The translations under genes and the position numbers were made by a program. The notes under the pieces were generated by a model. The model saw only the letters and a list, made by a program, of their open reading frames with translations, made no database searches and was not told where the DNA came from. Positions 1 through 7,930 of a stretch of 33,362 bases of DNA are shown here, piece after piece. The stretch covers positions 1-33,362 of the forward strand of contig CAYYEE010000003.1 of assembly GCA_964470775.1 (NCBI GenBank). Reading direction: 5' to 3'. Source of the stretch: an uncultured Planctomycetota bacterium. GTDB lineage: Bacteria > Planctomycetota > Brocadiia > CAIUPP01 > CAYYEE01. Positions within the stretch are counted from its first letter, which is position 1; each line of letters opens with the position of its first letter.

Positions 1-1595
1 TCCACGGCTTCGACAATGTCGGCGCGGACGACGTTGACGCCGAGCCGGGGGAGGTCTTCGTCAAGCGCCACCATCTCGGCCTTTTCGGCTGCGTAGGGCG
101 CCAAGATCGCGTCGGGCGGGCGCTTGTCGTTGACGATGACGTGGTCCAGGACGCCTTCGCCCAGATAGCGCTGCACGGCGCGCACGTGGGCCGAGGCGTT
201 GAAGCCGTCGGTTTGGCCGGGCTGGGTCATGATGTTGCAGACGTAGATGACGCGGGCGTTGGACTGGCGGATGGCGCGGCTGATGCCGGGCACGAGCAGG
301 TTGGTGATGACGCTGGTGAAGAGGCTGCCCGGGCCGATGACGATGATGCCGGCGCGGTTGATCTCCTCCAGCGCGTCTTCGGAGGGCTGGACGTCGGCCG
401 GCTCCAGGAAGACCTCGGCGATGGGGGGCTTGTTCAGGCCGCGCACGTTGAACTCCTCGCGCACCACGGCGCCGTCGGCCAGGCGGGCGCAGATGTGGGT
501 GGGCGTGAGCGTGGCGGGCAGGACTTTGCCCTCGACCGCCAGGATCTGGCTGGCCGCATGGAGCGCGCTCTCGAACCCGCCGGTCATGCGCTCCAGGGCG
601 GCGATGAACAAGTTGCCGAAGCTCATGCCTTTGAGCACGCCGTCGCTTTCGCCAAAGCGGAACTGGAACAGGTCGTAGAGCAGGCGCTCGGCCTTGGGTC
701 CGCCGGCCATGGCGACAAGGCAGTTGCGCGCGTCGCCGGGAGGCATGACGCCCAGGTCGCGGCGCAATACGCCGGACGAGCGGCCGCTGTCCGTGGTGGT
801 GACAATGGCGGTGAGGTTGCGCGTGTGCTGCTTCAAGCCTTCGATGACGATGGGCAGGCCGGTGCCGCCGCCAATGGCCAGCACGCGCGTGGACGACAGC
901 CGGCGCCGGCGCGTGAACGCGGCCAGCGCCTCGGGCAACTGCGCGATGCGCGTGATCTTGTAGTCGGGCTCTTCCATGTCCGTCTTGGGCAGCAGCGATT
1001 TGAACCGGCCGTGGATCATCTGCACGCTGACCATCTTGAGGTGGTTGGCCACGCGGATTTCGGAGAACACGCGGTCGCCCACGGCCGCGCACTCCTGCGG
1101 TTCGAGGCCGTGGCGGGTGATGATCTCCATGTAGCACTCTTCGCGGGCCGCGCCCAGCTCGCGGTCCAGGATGATGATTTCATCGAACAAGCCGCGGATG
1201 CCGAGGAGGTCGATCTTCTTTTCCTGGCGCTTGTGCACGCCCATGGTGACGAGGAACAGCAGGTACCCCTGGCCCCGCAAGGCGGTGAGGGTGGGGATGA
1301 CGTCAGGGAAGGGCTTGATGTCCTCGACTACGCCGCTGTTATAGGCTTCGAGGGCGGTCTGGACAAACTCCGGCCCCAGGCCGTGCTTTTCGGCGATGCG
1401 GTCAAAGACGTGGCACCGGGGGCCGTAGCGCTGCACCAGCTCGGTCTGGATGTCATAGGCCTGCTGCTCCGTCATGGGCAGCCCGGCGCCCACCATGGCG
1501 CGCGCGGCCCGGCGGCGGGCGCTTTCGGTCAGCGATCCGGTGCAATCGAACAGGGTATCGTCGAGGTCGAAGATGATGGCTTTGATTCTGGGCAT
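1..1595 (-). CDS. HAD-superfamily hydrolase fused to a YvcK/CofD-family (UPF0052, 2-phospho-L-lactate transferase-like) domain; 3' end runs off the window
   Basis: Not in the ORF track because there is no stop inside the window. My translation of the minus strand from ATG 1595-1593 gives MPRIKAIIFDLDDTLFDCTGSLTESARRRAARAM... (HAD motif I, DxDxT). It continues through ...AAVGDRVFSEIRVANH... into ...STRVLAIGGGTGLPIVIEGLK...TAIVTTTDSGRSSGVLR...GNLFIAALERMTGGF...IIVIGPGSLFTSVITNLLVPGI..., which are YvcK/CofD hallmarks. The frame stays open to position 3. Confidence 0.8.
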   Translation of the reverse strand, partial: MPRIKAIIFDLDDTLFDCTGSLTESARRRAARAMVGAGLPMTEQQAYDIQTELVQRYGPRCHVFDRIAEKHGLGPEFVQTALEAYNSGVVEDIKPFPDVIPTLTALRGQGYLLFLVTMGVHKRQEKKIDLLGIRGLFDEIIILDRELGAAREECYMEIITRHGLEPQECAAVGDRVFSEIRVANHLKMVSVQMIHGRFKSLLPKTDMEEPDYKITRIAQLPEALAAFTRRRRLSSTRVLAIGGGTGLPIVIEGLKQHTRNLTAIVTTTDSGRSSGVLRRDLGVMPPGDARNCLVAMAGGPKAERLLYDLFQFRFGESDGVLKGMSFGNLFIAALERMTGGFESALHAASQILAVEGKVLPATLTPTHICARLADGAVVREEFNVRGLNKPPIAEVFLEPADVQPSEDALEEINRAGIIVIGPGSLFTSVITNLLVPGISRAIRQSNARVIYVCNIMTQPGQTDGFNASAHVRAVQRYLGEGVLDHVIVNDKRPPDAILAPYAAEKAEMVALDEDLPRLGVNVVRADIVEAV

Positions 1596-1609
1596 GGGAT
1601 ATGAGGGGG

Positions 1610-1639
1610 TTCTGGGGCTTGGGGTTCTGGGGCTTGGGA
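1610..1639. repeat. 15-bp tandem repeat x2 (TTCTGGGGCTTGGGG / TTCTGGGGCTTGGGA); C-rich on the sense strand just 5' of the HAD-YvcK start codon
   Basis: Direct reading of 1610-1624 and 1625-1639. Confidence 0.9.
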
Positions 1640-1755
1640 ACGGCAACTTCGGATTGGGGGGCATAACGGCGCCTCAACGCCGGGGCCGTCTTGCGGTCCC
1701 TCCCGTCCTTGGGGACTCTCCGTGAGGAACGCGGGTCAGCCTTTGCCGCGCCTGG

Positions 1756-2358
1756 TTATTCGAACTGGAAGCTGATGTGGACGGGCTTGCCGTCGTAAGG
1801 GCTGCGGATGGCGTGCGTCTTGCCCGGCTCGGAAAGGCGGTAGACGACCTTGCTCTTGCCCGCCGGATCCGAGATCGTGACCAGGATGGACTTGCGGCGC
1901 GGCTTGCTCCAACCGCGGTAAACCTCGTCCACCATCATGACGTAGAGGTTGCCGGCCCGGCGGATGCGGCCGTAGATGAGCAGTTTGTCATTGCGCAGGG
2001 CCTTTTCGACCGCTTCCACGGATTCCTTGTCCGTCTTGGGGACCAGGCACAGCAGGCCGGAGCCCGTGCCCATCATGGTGTAGAAGGCCTCGTGCGTGTT
2101 GAGGTTGACGCCGCCGCGGATGACTTCGGGCGGGAGACGCGTGGGGCGGACGTCGTAATAGTCCTTCAGAGCGATGGGCTGGTTCAGAACCTTCTGACGG
2201 GACTGGAAGTCGGAAAGGCTGGCGCCGTCGTAATTCGTGTATTCCACAGGCGCCGTGGCATCGTCGGCGCCGCTGCTCTGGGCTTGGGATGGGTGGGAGG
2301 CGATGATGGCGGCGAGCATGGCCGCGGCGAGAACGGCGGCGATCCAGAGGTGTCGCAT
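1756..2358 (-). CDS. secreted hypothetical protein (signal peptide, no family recognised)
   Basis: ORF 1756..2373. Preferred start is ATG 2358 (MRHLWIAAVLAAAMLAAIIASHPSQAQS, signal-peptide-like), preceded by GGAGAAGGAA. Third codon positions are G/C-rich. Confidence 0.7.
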   Translation of the reverse strand: MRHLWIAAVLAAAMLAAIIASHPSQAQSSGADDATAPVEYTNYDGASLSDFQSRQKVLNQPIALKDYYDVRPTRLPPEVIRGGVNLNTHEAFYTMMGTGSGLLCLVPKTDKESVEAVEKALRNDKLLIYGRIRRAGNLYVMMVDEVYRGWSKPRRKSILVTISDPAGKSKVVYRLSEPGKTHAIRSPYDGKPVHISFQFE

Positions 2359-2418
2359 GGTTCCTTCTCCCAACGGGTTGCGCGCGTGCGCGTCAGATGG
2401 CGCGGATCAAGCCGAATC

Positions 2419-2448
2419 TATGTTAGCCCAACGGGACGAGCGAGGTCA
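2419..2448 (-). promoter_or_regulatory. sigma70-like promoter for the 1756..2358 gene
   Basis: Minus strand reads TTGACC (2448-2443), 18-nt spacer, TAACAT (2424-2419), about 60 nt upstream of ATG 2358. Confidence 0.4.
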
Positions 2449-2711
2449 AATGGCGCCAGTCGAGGAGCGGGCTTGCGTTGTGGGCGCCTGGACGCCGCCG
2501 CGCCAGGCGGAGCCGCGGTCCCGGTTCAGCCTGATCCGCGGGGAGGGGCGATTGGTGGAGAGGACCGTTATTGTCCTGGGGTCACTGGGCGTTTGCCAGA
2601 GATTCGGCGTTTGCGGGCGTTGCGCGGCTGGTTGGACCGATGTGGTAGAATGCGCGGTCACGGATTCCCGGCCGCGGGTGGCTGGGGTTTGGTTTCAAGG
2701 AAGGTGCGAGT

Positions 2712-3053
2712 ATGCGTTATGTGTGGCCGGTGGCTCTCTTGATCATCTCGAATCTGTTTATGACGACGGCGTGGTATGGGCATCTGAAGCCGGAGTTCAA
2801 GGCGAAGCCGCTTGCTCTGGTGGTGGTGGTGAGCTGGCTGATCGCGTTTGTCGAGTACTGCTTCCAGGTGCCGGCCAACCGGCTGGGCAACGCCGTCTAT
2901 TCCGTGGCGGAGCTCAAGACCATCCAGGAGATCATCACGCTCGTGGTCTTCGTGGGGTTCAGCGCTTTGTACCTGGGGGAGTCGGTCAAGTGGAACCAAC
3001 TCGTTGGCTTCGCCTTCCTTGTGCCCGCGGCGGCGTTTGTGTTCTGGAAGTAG
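2712..3053 (+). CDS. DMT-superfamily small membrane protein (DUF486-like)
   Basis: 113-aa hydrophobic protein. The N-terminus ...LIISNLFMTTAWYGHLK... and the size fit the DUF486 family. AAGGAAGG lies upstream of the ATG, and a TGgTAGAAT extended -10 sits at 2643-2651. Confidence 0.8.
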   Translation: MRYVWPVALLIISNLFMTTAWYGHLKPEFKAKPLALVVVVSWLIAFVEYCFQVPANRLGNAVYSVAELKTIQEIITLVVFVGFSALYLGESVKWNQLVGFAFLVPAAAFVFWK

Positions 3054-3135
3054 ATCGGCAGGGACGGCAAGCGGCCCGGCCCGGACGATGGGAGAGACGG
3101 CGCAGGCGGACGCGGACGCGGGCGCGCCAAGGCGT

Positions 3136-3164
3136 TTGACGGGGCGGGGGGGCGCTGATAGGAT
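3136..3164 (+). promoter_or_regulatory. sigma70-like promoter for the MoaC-like/hemL pair
   Basis: TTGACG (3136-3141), 17-nt spacer, TAGGAT (3159-3164). GGAGGGG precedes ATG 3206. Confidence 0.4.
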
Positions 3165-3205
3165 GGGCGCGGACACGGAGACAGCGCTCTGTTGGAGGGG
3201 ACACC

Positions 3206-3652
3206 ATGAGCCGGCGCCGCGAGGAGATGCAGACGCAGAAGGCGTTGGAGCACGCGCGGGCGGGGGAGCCCGTGGAGCGCGTGGCGGTGGCGCACGGGAC
3301 GGTGAAGATGAACCCGCGGACGCTGGAGCGGGTGATGGCCAAGACCATGCCCAAGGGGAACGTGATTGAGCTGGCCAAGGCGGCGGGGCTGGTGGCGGCG
3401 CGCAAGGCGGGGGACTTCGTGGCGGGGCTGGGCGCGCGGCACGTGACGCACGTGGCGGTGAACGTGGCGCCGGGGGGCAAGGACCGGCTGGCCATCGTGG
3501 CGGAGGTGAAGGCGCTCTCGGCGGAGGCGTGCGACACGGAGGCGCTGGCGGCGGTGAGCGCGGCGGCGTTGACGGTGTTCTCCCTGTGCCGGGACGCCGA
3601 CCCGGCGTTGATTATCACGGACCTGCGGCCCGAGGGCCCGGCAGTCGCTTGA
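3206..3652 (+). CDS. MoaC-fold protein, divergent (cyclic pyranopterin monophosphate synthase-like)
   Basis: 148 aa. ...[24 protein letters not shown]...VAVNV...[10 protein letters not shown]...[19 protein letters not shown]... aligns by eye with E. coli MoaC ([29 protein letters not shown]...[22 protein letters not shown]). Confidence 0.65.
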   Translation: [148 protein letters not shown]

Positions 3653-3692
3653 GGCCGGCGGGCGAGGCGGCTAGGGCGCAAAGGGCACGGAT

Positions 3693-4982
3693 ATGCCGGG
3701 CGAAAAGTCGCGGCTGGCGTTCGAGGCGGCGAAGCGGGCGATGCCGGGCGGGGTGAACAGTCCGGTGAGGGCGTTTGGCGCGGTGGGCGGGACGCCGGTG
3801 TTCTTCCAGAGCGGCGCGGGCGCGATGCTGCGCGACGTGGACGGGAAGGAGTATGTGGACTTCGTGGGGTCGTGGGGTCCGCTGATCCTGGGCCACGCGG
3901 CGCCGGCGGTGGTGGAGGCGGTTTGCGAGGCTGCGCGGCGGGGCATGACGTTCGGGGCGCCCACGGAGCAGGAAACGCGGCTGGTGGAGATGCTGAAGGA
4001 GGCGATGCCGGCGATTGAGAAGGCGCGGCTGGTGAGCAGCGGCACGGAGGCGGTGATGAGCGCGCTGCGGCTGGCGCGGGGGGTGACGGGGCGGGATTTG
4101 ATCGTGAAGTGCGACGGGTGCTATCACGGGCACGTGGATGGGTTGCTGGCGCACGCGGGGAGCGGGCTGGCGACGTTTGGCCGTTCGTCGAGTCCGGGCT
4201 CGCCGGAGGCGCTGGCGGCGCTGACGGGGGTGGTTCCCTTCAACGACGTGGCGTCGCTGAAGACGTTCTTTGACGAGCACGGCCGCGATGTGGCGGCGCT
4301 GATTCTGGAGCCGGTGGCGGGCAACATGGGCGTGGCGCCGCCGGACGAGGATTTCCTGGCCGCGGCGCGCCGGCTGACGCGGGAGAACGGGGCGCTGCTG
4401 ATCGTGGACGAGGTGATTACGGGGTTCCGCGTGGCGTGGGGCGGGGCGCAGGCGCGCTATGGGCTGGAGCCGGACCTGGTGACGCTGGGCAAGATCGTGG
4501 GCGGGGGGCTGCCGATCGGCGTGTACGGCGGGCTGGCGCGGCACATGGATCACATGGCGCCGGAGGGGCCGGTGTATCAGGCGGGGACGCTGTCGGGCAA
4601 TCCGCTGGCCACGGCGGCGGGGATCGCGACGCTCGAGGCGCTGCGGGCGCCAGGAACCTATGAGCGGTTGGAGAGCCTGGGCCAGGCGCTGGAGAAGGCG
4701 CTGCTGGACGCGGCCAAGGGGGCGGGCGTGGCGTTGCGGGTGAACCGGGTGGGGTCGATGCTGACGCCGTTCTTTACGGACCGGGAGGTGACGGACTTCG
4801 CCACGGCGCGCGCGGCGAGCGTGAAGCGCTACGCGGCGTTCTTCCACGGTCTGCTCAAGCGGGGCGTGTACGCGCCGCCGTCGCAGTTCGAGGCGTGGTT
4901 CGTGTCCTTGGCGCATACGCCGGCGCACATCGAGGCGGCGGGGCGGGCCGCGGCGGAGGCGATGAAGGAGGTCGGCGAGTAG
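3693..4982 (+). CDS. hemL: glutamate-1-semialdehyde 2,1-aminomutase
   Basis: 429 aa with ...AMPGGVNSPVRAF...VDFVGSWGPLILGHA...LIVDEVITGFR...TLGKIVGGGLP...AGTLSGNP.... These are class-III aminotransferase/HemL signatures, including the PLP lysine context. Confidence 0.95.
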   Translation: MPGEKSRLAFEAAKRAMPGGVNSPVRAFGAVGGTPVFFQSGAGAMLRDVDGKEYVDFVGSWGPLILGHAAPAVVEAVCEAARRGMTFGAPTEQETRLVEMLKEAMPAIEKARLVSSGTEAVMSALRLARGVTGRDLIVKCDGCYHGHVDGLLAHAGSGLATFGRSSSPGSPEALAALTGVVPFNDVASLKTFFDEHGRDVAALILEPVAGNMGVAPPDEDFLAAARRLTRENGALLIVDEVITGFRVAWGGAQARYGLEPDLVTLGKIVGGGLPIGVYGGLARHMDHMAPEGPVYQAGTLSGNPLATAAGIATLEALRAPGTYERLESLGQALEKALLDAAKGAGVALRVNRVGSMLTPFFTDREVTDFATARAASVKRYAAFFHGLLKRGVYAPPSQFEAWFVSLAHTPAHIEAAGRAAAEAMKEVGE

Positions 4983-5061
4983 GGGCAAGGGGCAGCGCGC
5001 GGGAGGGACCGAAGCGGCGGAAGAACGACGGGGCTTTGGGGACGGGGCGGGGCCGGCGGGC

Positions 5062-5090
5062 TTGCCCTGCCGGCTTGCGGGGTCCACAAT
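5062..5090 (+). promoter_or_regulatory. sigma70-like promoter for the dipeptidase-like gene
   Basis: TTGCCC (5062-5067), 17-nt spacer, CACAAT (5085-5090). This places the track's first start codon (5062) inside the -35 element. Confidence 0.35.
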
Positions 5091-5136
5091 GGCCGCGTCT
5101 GCTTTGGAACTTCCTTTCTTCTCATGGAGGCTTGCC

Positions 5137-6366
5137 GTGAACGCGCGCGTGACAGTGAATGACGTGGCTTGGGGCAGGGCGCTGGATGCGTTGAAGCCGG
5201 CGCCGGCGCAGTTGGAGCATGGGCTGGAGCTGCACCGCGAGTCAATTGTGTTCGACGCGTTTGGCTTTGCGCCGTATACCTATACGCGGCGGATGGTAGA
5301 GGAGGCGAACCGGTTGATTGACGCGGGCGCGCCGGCGGAAGTGATTCAGGAGCAGATGCAGGAGAGGCGCTTTTGCGACGCGGCGGCGGATGAAGAGGGG
5401 CGGGCGCAGTATCAGGCGTCGTGGGAGCGCTCGGGCGTGACGGCGACGATGCAGACGTGCGGGGGCCAGGCGCCGGTGGCCAAGGCCATGCGCCATTTGT
5501 CTCGGTTCTTCATGATCTGGGACGCCATGCCGGATTTCGTGCGCAAAGGCACGACGTCCCAGGATGTGCGCGAGGCCAAGGCCGCGGGACGGCGGTGTCA
5601 GTTCATCAGCATGAACGGGCTGCCGGGGCTGCACGAGCTGGCGCCTGACGACGCGCTGAACATGGTGGATGTGATGCATCACCTGGGCATGCGGATGATG
5701 CACTTGACGTACAACGTCCGCAACGTGATCGGGGACGGGTGTATCGAGCGGGCGAACGCGGGGTTGAGCGAGTTCGGGCGCGAGGTGATCGAACGGATGA
5801 ACGATGCAGGCGTGATGGTGGACACGGCGCACACGGGGCGGCAGACGTCGATTGAGGCGGCGAGGGCGTCGCGCGCGCCGGTCGTGGCCAGCCACACCGT
5901 GTGCGACGCGCTGTTCCACCACGACCGCGCCAAGGACGACGAGCAGATGAAGATCATCGTGGACTCGGGCGGGTTCGTGGGCATGGCGGCCGTGCCGACG
6001 TTTTTGGCCGAGGCGGGCAAGCTGCCGCATCTGCTGGATCACATTGACCACGCGGTGAAGGTGATCGGCGCGGAGAACGTGGCGATCGGCACGGACGCGT
6101 GGAGCTATCCGGACGAGCCGGAGGGGATCAAGCTGAAGCCGATGCCGCCGAACGCGCGGAAGAACCGAATGTGGCGTCCAGAGCACCGGGTGTATGTGGA
6201 GGGGGTGAGCGAGGATATTCAGACTGGGACGCTGCGGTGGACGAACTGGCCGCTGTACACGGTGGGGCTTGTGCAGCGTGGCTACAGCGACGAGCAGATC
6301 CGCGGCATCATCGGCGGGAACGTGATGCGCGTGTTGGACGCGGTGGCCAAGGCGGCGAAGAGGTGA
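5137..6366 (+). CDS. peptidase M19 (renal/membrane dipeptidase) family protein
   Basis: ORF 5062..6366. Preferred start is GTG 5137, preceded by GGAGG with a 6-nt spacer. M19-like blocks: MHLTYNVRN, VMVDTAHTG, PVVASHTV, HHDRAKDDEQ, HIDHAVKVIGAENVAIGTDA. Confidence 0.85.
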   Translation: MNARVTVNDVAWGRALDALKPAPAQLEHGLELHRESIVFDAFGFAPYTYTRRMVEEANRLIDAGAPAEVIQEQMQERRFCDAAADEEGRAQYQASWERSGVTATMQTCGGQAPVAKAMRHLSRFFMIWDAMPDFVRKGTTSQDVREAKAAGRRCQFISMNGLPGLHELAPDDALNMVDVMHHLGMRMMHLTYNVRNVIGDGCIERANAGLSEFGREVIERMNDAGVMVDTAHTGRQTSIEAARASRAPVVASHTVCDALFHHDRAKDDEQMKIIVDSGGFVGMAAVPTFLAEAGKLPHLLDHIDHAVKVIGAENVAIGTDAWSYPDEPEGIKLKPMPPNARKNRMWRPEHRVYVEGVSEDIQTGTLRWTNWPLYTVGLVQRGYSDEQIRGIIGGNVMRVLDAVAKAAKR

Positions 6367-6374
6367 ACGTTCGG

Positions 6375-6396
6375 CAGGGGCGCTTGCGCGCCCCTG
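6375..6396. terminator. GC hairpin in the convergent spacer between the dipeptidase gene and the MATE gene
   Basis: CAGGGGCGC-ttgc-GCGCCCCTG, a 9-bp perfect stem starting 9 nt after the dipeptidase stop. There is no clear U-tract. Confidence 0.35.
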
Positions 6397-6444
6397 CCGC
6401 GGGCGCAGCCGCGGGGGGGGGGGAGGTCGGCTGCGCCACAGAGG

Positions 6445-7902
6445 TCAGGCGTCTGTTGAGGGTTCTATTCCGGGGATGCGCGGCGGCTCCGTCCGGGGCG
6501 GGCTGCCGCTGCATGTTCCTGTCGTGAGCGGGACGGCGAGGACGCGCGCGGCGCTGGGGGCGAGGCTGGCGCGCGGGGTGGCGGCGGCGATGGCTCGGTG
6601 AGCCCAGATCAAGCCGATGACGCCGGCGGCGAGGTCGGCGGCGAGACGTCCGAAGAAGACGCCGTTGACGCCGCCGAGCCGTCCGCCGAGCCAGGAGAGG
6701 GGGATGAGCAGGGCGACGATGCGCGTGGCGTTGAGGTACATGGCGGCGGCGGGCTTGTGGAGGCCGGTGAGGAAAAAGCCGCAGTAGCGGTGGACCTCCA
6801 TCATGCCGAAGCCGAAGGCGGTGATGCGGATGCTGGCGATGAGGACGCGGGTGACTTTGGGGTCGTCGCTGAAGGCGGCGGCGAGCCAGGGGGCGCAAAG
6901 GAAGAAGGCGGCGGCGATGAAGGCGCCGTAGAGGATGGCGAAGGTGTTGGAGACTTTGTGGGCTTCGCGGACGCGGTCGAGGCGCTGGGCGCCGAAGTTC
7001 TGGCTGATGAAGGGGGTGAGGGAGATGCCCAGGGCCATGGGGATGACGAAGGCGAACATCTCGATGCGTCCGCCGGCGCCGCTGGCGGCCACGGCTTCCT
7101 GTCCATAGCCGCTGAGGATTTTGGTGATAACGGCGGCGGCGGCGGGCATGAGAATCATGCTGATGATGCTGGGCACGGCGAAGCTGGTGATTCTGCGGGC
7201 GGAGGCGAGGAAGGAGTCCATGTCCCAGCCGTGGAAGGCGAGGAGGCGGTGCTTCTTGACGAGCAGGGAGATGAGCCAGGCGGTGGAGATGGCTTGGGAG
7301 ATGACGGTGGCGAGGGCGGCGCCGCTCATGCCCAAGGCAGGGCAGCCGAGCCAGCCGAAGATCATGATGGGGTCGAGGATGACGTTGGCGGCCGTGCCGG
7401 CGATCATGAAGAGGCTGGCGGTTTTGGAGTCGCCGGCGGAGATAAGGATGCCGTTGCCGAGCATGGGGAGGGACATGGTGATGGCGCCGAAGTACCAGAC
7501 GCTCATGTAGTCGTGGATGAGGGGCAGGGTCTGGCTGGTGGCGCCGAGGAGGCGGAAGCCGGGGGCGATGGCGAAGTAGCCCGCGATGGACATGAGGATG
7601 GTGACGGCGACGGTGAGGAGGAGGCCGTGGGTGACGAAGGCGGCGGCCTGGTCGTGGTCGCGGCGGCCGAGGGCGTGGGAGGCGAGGGCGGTGACGCCGG
7701 CGCCGATGCCGCGCGCGACGCAGGTGACGAGCATGACGACGGGGAAGGTGAAGCCCATGGCCGCGAGGGGCAAGGTGCCCAGGCGCGAGACGAACCATGT
7801 GTCGGTGAAGTGATAGGCGACCATGGCGAAGGTGCCTGCGAGCATGGGGAAGGCCATGGTGAAGAGGGCGCGCGGCACGCTGCCCTGGGTGAGAGCTGGC
7901 AT
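6445..7902 (-). CDS. MATE family efflux transporter
   Basis: 485 aa with about 12 hydrophobic segments. The N-terminus ...ALFTMAFPMLAGTFAMVAYHFTDTWFVSRLG... is typical of the MATE/NorM family. Confidence 0.9.
   Translation of the reverse strand: MPALTQGSVPRALFTMAFPMLAGTFAMVAYHFTDTWFVSRLGTLPLAAMGFTFPVVMLVTCVARGIGAGVTALASHALGRRDHDQAAAFVTHGLLLTVAVTILMSIAGYFAIAPGFRLLGATSQTLPLIHDYMSVWYFGAITMSLPMLGNGILISAGDSKTASLFMIAGTAANVILDPIMIFGWLGCPALGMSGAALATVISQAISTAWLISLLVKKHRLLAFHGWDMDSFLASARRITSFAVPSIISMILMPAAAAVITKILSGYGQEAVAASGAGGRIEMFAFVIPMALGISLTPFISQNFGAQRLDRVREAHKVSNTFAILYGAFIAAAFFLCAPWLAAAFSDDPKVTRVLIASIRITAFGFGMMEVHRYCGFFLTGLHKPAAAMYLNATRIVALLIPLSWLGGRLGGVNGVFFGRLAADLAAGVIGLIWAHRAIAAATPRASLAPSAARVLAVPLTTGTCSGSPPRTEPPRIPGIEPSTDA
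6448..6522. repeat. palindromic intergenic-repeat family, copy D (lies inside the MATE 3' coding end)
   Basis: GGCGTCT..TCTATTCCGGGGATGCGCGGCGGCTCCGTCCGGGGCGGGCTGCCGCTGCATGTTCC shares TCTATTCCGGGGATGCG, GGCGGGCTG and CATGT(T/C)CC blocks with copies A and B. Confidence 0.7.
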
Positions 7903-7930
7903 GTGGTTCGTTCGCTTTCCTGGCTGCCAG

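Noticed and set aside
141-1604. Long plus-strand ORF (487 aa) and the overlapping 61..1137 minus-strand ORF.
   Set aside because: Their composition is typical of shadow frames in GC-rich DNA (runs of G/A/D/V or R/P/H) and they contain no motifs. A third frame on the minus strand encodes a clean HAD/YvcK protein across the same DNA.
3165-3205. Moco riboswitch upstream of the MoaC-like gene.
   Set aside because: The leader is only about 35 nt, too short for the Moco RNA motif, and no conserved Moco-motif sequence is seen.
5062-5136. Track start (TTG 5062) and in-frame ATG 5089 for the dipeptidase-like gene.
   Set aside because: Both fall inside the predicted -35 and -10 elements. GTG 5137 has a GGAGG SD at ideal spacing.
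6413-6423. Homopolymeric G tract (11 G) in the convergent spacer after the dipeptidase gene.
   Set aside because: It lies outside any reading frame or recognisable promoter spacer, so there is no obvious phase-variation target. It may simply be part of the terminator region or a sequencing-prone tract.
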